A DNA stretch of 64,000 nt from Nitrospinaceae bacterium (GTDB taxonomy: Bacteria; Nitrospinota; Nitrospinia; Nitrospinales; Nitrospinaceae), in the NCBI GenBank assembly GCA_965223665.1, contig OZ245011.1:1600001-1664000 (forward strand), written 5' to 3'. A program made the translations under genes and the position numbers. Each line of letters opens with the position of its first letter. Within the stretch, counting starts at the first letter, position 1. Under the pieces are notes generated by a model. That model had not been told where the DNA came from and did no database searches. It saw only the letters and a list, made by a program, of their open reading frames with translations. Below are positions 60,287-64,000 of the stretch, piece by piece.

Positions 60287-60856
60287 TTACTCCACCGATC
60301 TCCATCGGTACCAAAAATTTTTTGAACCTCCAACAGGAATAACCCATAAAACAGCACCCCCTATTCCCACATCCTCTTTACCAATAAGAGTTCCATCCTT
60401 GGCTTTAACTAATCCTAGTTTTAAACTAACCCGGGACCATGCTGGACCGGTCACCGTATAATCAACAAGTGAGGGGATCCATATTAATCCATCGTCACAT
60501 TCGAAATCACCTTTCTTTCTTCTTAAATTTTTCATTTCCTTGACTGTGTCGCCCACCATGGATTCAATCCGAATTTCATTTTCATTTTTATGAGAAATTC
60601 TTACAAGATAGGCGTGAGTTTTAGACTTCCCCCTATTCAATCGGTACCACAATTCATCAATAGGTTCTTTGGATTGATTAAAACGCTGATATTCTGTATC
60701 AGGGTTTGTGGACTCACCTCGATTGGAATACAACCCGGAAATATCAGGACAATCATCCGAATCGTTGATTTCCATTTTCGGCCAGTAACTGGGTGGAGGT
60801 TGGTTAGAAATACACCCACTATAAAAAATCCATACAATCAGGAAAAATACTCGCAT
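60287..60856 (-). CDS. Lipoprotein, probable cognate immunity protein of the Rhs toxin
   Basis: YSGC lipobox, CPDISGLY and position directly downstream of Rhs. Confidence 0.7.
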   Translation of the reverse strand: MRVFFLIVWIFYSGCISNQPPPSYWPKMEINDSDDCPDISGLYSNRGESTNPDTEYQRFNQSKEPIDELWYRLNRGKSKTHAYLVRISHKNENEIRIESMVGDTVKEMKNLRRKKGDFECDDGLIWIPSLVDYTVTGPAWSRVSLKLGLVKAKDGTLIGKEDVGIGGAVLWVIPVGGSKNFWYRWRSVE

Positions 60857-60924
60857 GATTTCCTATTTCCGTATAAAACGAAATCTTGGATTTAACTATA
60901 CAAATCTTTCGCAAAAAGTAAAAG

Positions 60925-63900
60925 TTACCTATCACGCTTGGCAATGGATTGAAAGGGAATACTTGAGGTTCCAATCATGGAACTAACCACAACGGGGGCA
61001 GCTAAACCAACATTAATAAGACTAAATGCTTCACCAATGAACGTTCCTAAGCGCCCATATGCGAAATTATTACCCCGAACATTATACCAGTAGGGTGTAT
61101 TCAAAGTATCATGAACGCCAGAGAAAGCTTCGACTACATAATCAATAAAACCACCAGACTTGCAACTCCATTTAATGAAATTACCTTCTCCACCTTGTAA
61201 CCCTCCTAGTGGACTCACTTGGGACATATCTAAAGTCCCATCTGGGTATTCCGTTATACGATTCCCCGCTATTTTAGGCCCAATTCCATTAAAACCCATA
61301 CTATCTCCAGAAGCATTCCATTTTCCCCAAGTTTCCGACATTGGGTCATAAGTTAGCTTACTAGATAACTTTACCTGAAATTTACGCATCTCAATGGCAA
61401 AATAGGTAGTAATTGAAATTGCGAAACTTGTAATAAATCCTTCTAAAAAGTCTCCTCCCTTCAACTCTTCTGTTATCCCACCTGCGATGGATGTTACTCC
61501 CACTCGCTTAAGATCCCAAGTTTTTCCGAATTTTGCTCCAATGGCTCCAGACATTGCGCCGGACACCGCACCAGTAATAAGAGATTTCCAAAAGTTGACT
61601 TTATATCCAGCTGCTTGAAACACCAACGCGCTAGCTCCTCCAGTTAGCGCACCTATCATAGCACCATCTGCAATACCTGCTCCCATAGGACCTAATGAAG
61701 AAAAAATGCCAGTTCCACCAGCATAAGCTGTGGCAACAGCAACAAACTGTTGAAAGGCCATTATTCCAATATTCCAATTTGTTGCTTCACCTTGTGCAAC
61801 GGTAATTCCTACCCAAGGACCCCCAATCATAGCCGCAAGAAACCCTTTAAATAAAGCTTTGAAGAAATGCCCAGACGGATCGGTATAAATAATTGGGTTG
61901 TTGCGGGTGTAGGTGTAGCGGTTGAGGGATTCGTAGTCGAAGGGATTCTGCACAAATGCATCGGGGGTGATGAAGCGGGCCAGGTTTGGATCGTAGTAGC
62001 GCGCTTCGTAGAAATAGAGATCCGTACTTTCATCCAATTCCTTGCCGGTGAACTTGTAACGGGCATTAAAGGTTGGTCCGTTATCCGAATGCACTTTTCC
62101 GTACGGAAGGTAAATTAAGTCTTCGATGTTATTGCCGCCACTGTCAGTGGTTAAACTGGTCGATCCCAAATGATCGCCATGGAAATATTTGGCGTTGCTG
62201 CCGGTGCCTGCATCGATTTGCGCTATGCGCGTACCGCCGGCAAAAATGTAGATAATACAACTGCCGCCTTCACACACATGGGATTTGCCGATGTAAATGG
62301 TATCGACACTGCCCACGGTTTTCTTCACCCGGCCGCCGTCGCCATCGTAAACAAAGTCGGTAACCACACTGCCTTTGGTGATTTGGGTCGGCCGGTTCTC
62401 GAAATCGTACACCATCGATTTACCGGCGGTATCTCCGGTCATGTTTCCGTTGGCGTCGTAGGAATAGGTGACTCCATTTGCGGTTTTCACTGCATGCGGT
62501 GTCGGATTGCCCTGCCCACTGGGGAAATAAGTATAAGTACCTCCGTTTTTAGAATTGGAGGTCATGTTGCCAATGGTATCGTAGGCATAGGTGACGGTGC
62601 CGTAACCACTGAATCCGTTGATGCCGTTATGAGTCGCGCTGGTTAAACGGTCATGGTCGTCGTAGACATAAGTCTTATTGCCGCGAACCGCATCAGTGAT
62701 TTGAGTGATGTTGCCGCCGGAATCGAAAAAATAATCCAGATCCTGGAAGGTACTCACCACAGGGTGATCGTTCTGTGTGAGCATGGAATCGAGCCGAAAA
62801 TTATCCGGATCGTAAGTATAATCGGTGGTCACTCCATTACCGTATTCGGCTTTCTCGTACTGACCGTTGGCGTTGAAATCAGAATAAGTCACGAAAGTTT
62901 GAGTGGAATCGCTCACACTTTCTAACAACGGTCCGTTGTAAATGTTGGTGATGACCGTTCCATCCGGATACGTTTGAGTCTTCACGCGTCCCAAATTGTC
63001 AAAGGTACTGTGAGCCGTATACGTTTGTCCATCGACCACTTTATCCGAACGGATGACTCGTCCTTTAATATCGTATTCGAAACTTGTAGAGCCGGAGCCG
63101 TCTTCCACTTTAATGAGCCGACCAATGCCATTGGCCACGGAGCCACCACCTCCACCGCCGCCGGTGGTGTAGGTGATGGAAAGCTGCGGCCGTAAGCTGG
63201 TCCCGGTAACCTCACCCGAGTGGAAACGGATACCATCGGTAGTTCCGGCTGACTGGACAACAAATCCATTATTGGTTGAACCGTTAACCCAACTTTGAAT
63301 CACTGCAATTCCTGCCGAATTTAAATTAAATGTCTTATAACCGGTACCGCTTCCTCCATCGATAGTTCCCAAGTCTGTAGTACCTATATTGCCGCTGATA
63401 TCGTTCCAATCGACTGTACTTTCCGACCAGGTGGTCGTCACCTCACGGAACACATGATCTCCGGAACTGCCGTTATATATATTCAAAGAAATGCTGGCAG
63501 AATCTATCGTTGCTCCGCTCGGTATCGAAGAAATGTCCCAGGCGAGTACAGTTTTCAGATCGGTACCGGAACCTTCATCGGATTCTAAATTCACTTCGGT
63601 CCCATAGTTGGTGGTGGGGCTTGCTTCTTTCAGCAAAGCGTCCCGTGTACCGTTGTAACTGCTATCCGGCTCGACACCCTCTTTATAATCGACAGTGGTT
63701 GGAGTTCCACCACCGCCTCCGCCCCCTGTGGTGTAAGTGACAATTAATTTGGGACGAACTGTGGTCCCGGTAACCTCACCCGAATGGAAACGGATACCAT
63801 CGGTAGTTCCGGCTGATTGAACAACAAATCCATTATTGGTTGAACCGTTAACCCAACTTTGAATCACTGCAATTCCTGCCGAATTTAAATTAAATGTCTT

Positions 63901-64000
63901 ATAACCGGTACCGCTTCCTCCATCGATAGTTCCCAAGTCTGTAGTACCTATATTGCCGCTGATATCGTTCCAATCGACTGTACTTTCCGACCAGGTGGTC
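60925..64000 (-). CDS. Rhs/YD-repeat polymorphic toxin with tandem DNRLRE domains (5' end outside the window)
   Basis: YD repeats, HGDHLGS, FTGKELD, ARYYDP and NNPIIYTDPSG (DPSG at 61870-61881), followed by an AT-rich C-terminal extension. Confidence 0.93.
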   Translation of the reverse strand, partial: TTWSESTVDWNDISGNIGTTDLGTIDGGSGTGYKTFNLNSAGIAVIQSWVNGSTNNGFVVQSAGTTDGIRFHSGEVTGTTVRPKLIVTYTTGGGGGGGTPTTVDYKEGVEPDSSYNGTRDALLKEASPTTNYGTEVNLESDEGSGTDLKTVLAWDISSIPSGATIDSASISLNIYNGSSGDHVFREVTTTWSESTVDWNDISGNIGTTDLGTIDGGSGTGYKTFNLNSAGIAVIQSWVNGSTNNGFVVQSAGTTDGIRFHSGEVTGTSLRPQLSITYTTGGGGGGGSVANGIGRLIKVEDGSGSTSFEYDIKGRVIRSDKVVDGQTYTAHSTFDNLGRVKTQTYPDGTVITNIYNGPLLESVSDSTQTFVTYSDFNANGQYEKAEYGNGVTTDYTYDPDNFRLDSMLTQNDHPVVSTFQDLDYFFDSGGNITQITDAVRGNKTYVYDDHDRLTSATHNGINGFSGYGTVTYAYDTIGNMTSNSKNGGTYTYFPSGQGNPTPHAVKTANGVTYSYDANGNMTGDTAGKSMVYDFENRPTQITKGSVVTDFVYDGDGGRVKKTVGSVDTIYIGKSHVCEGGSCIIYIFAGGTRIAQIDAGTGSNAKYFHGDHLGSTSLTTDSGGNNIEDLIYLPYGKVHSDNGPTFNARYKFTGKELDESTDLYFYEARYYDPNLARFITPDAFVQNPFDYESLNRYTYTRNNPIIYTDPSGHFFKALFKGFLAAMIGGPWVGITVAQGEATNWNIGIMAFQQFVAVATAYAGGTGIFSSLGPMGAGIADGAMIGALTGGASALVFQAAGYKVNFWKSLITGAVSGAMSGAIGAKFGKTWDLKRVGVTSIAGGITEELKGGDFLEGFITSFAISITTYFAIEMRKFQVKLSSKLTYDPMSETWGKWNASGDSMGFNGIGPKIAGNRITEYPDGTLDMSQVSPLGGLQGGEGNFIKWSCKSGGFIDYVVEAFSGVHDTLNTPYWYNVRGNNFAYGRLGTFIGEAFSLINVGLAAPVVVSSMIGTSSIPFQSIAKRDR
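63198..64000 (-). repeat. 564-bp-period intragenic duplication
   Basis: 63198-63436 versus 63762-64000 differ at about 3 of 239 positions. Confidence 0.95.

Noticed and set aside
55291-60357. Short ORFs sharing CLHGEWPGSPSSSPPPNSPK and similar (55291, 56600, 56701, 59947, 60000)
   Set aside because: Translations of the non-coding repeat, with inconsistent starts and frames between copies.
1-64000. Prophage, autonomous IS, tRNA or rRNA genes
   Set aside because: No structural phage genes, integrase, transposase or recognisable RNA genes found by eye.

Overview
A 64-kb bacterial accessory region with no rRNA, tRNA, CRISPR array, integrase or transposase visible, and no marker gene to identify the host. 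Left to right it holds: a SIR2-HerA anti-phage pair followed by a DUF2130-like gene; a TetR-controlled cluster (YHS, DsrE, PNPOx-like, ECF sigma, haloalkane-dehalogenase-like hydrolase); secreted HEAT and ankyrin proteins, an O-methyltransferase, SRPBCC and HxlR/SDR; two tandem FG-GAP/DNRLRE surface-protein paralogs, one broken by a TAT>TAA nonsense codon; an AT-rich ~8-kb array of small unrelated membrane/lipoprotein ORFs with a duplicated 78-bp leader; vWA and carboxypeptidase-regulatory-domain exported proteins; a large exported tyrosinase behind a candidate structured leader RNA; an LRR-Roc-COR (Roco) protein with 20 shuffled 72-bp repeats and a DUF4062/TIR-like C-terminal domain; a seven-gene operon with three CsgG/TolB-N-like proteins; and, downstream of a DNRLRE-containing Rhs toxin, two type II TA pairs and orphan toxin/immunity genes separated by co-oriented copies of a ~235-bp repeat. 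Many intergenic regions are mosaics of small covarying hairpin repeats, including a MITE with terminal inverted repeats. The best candidates for undescribed biology are the repeat-delimited TA/toxin-immunity array, the Roco receptor with its variable LRR face, the small-ORF array, the hairpin/MITE repeat system and the triple-CsgG operon. All family assignments come from motif recognition by eye, not from database searches.
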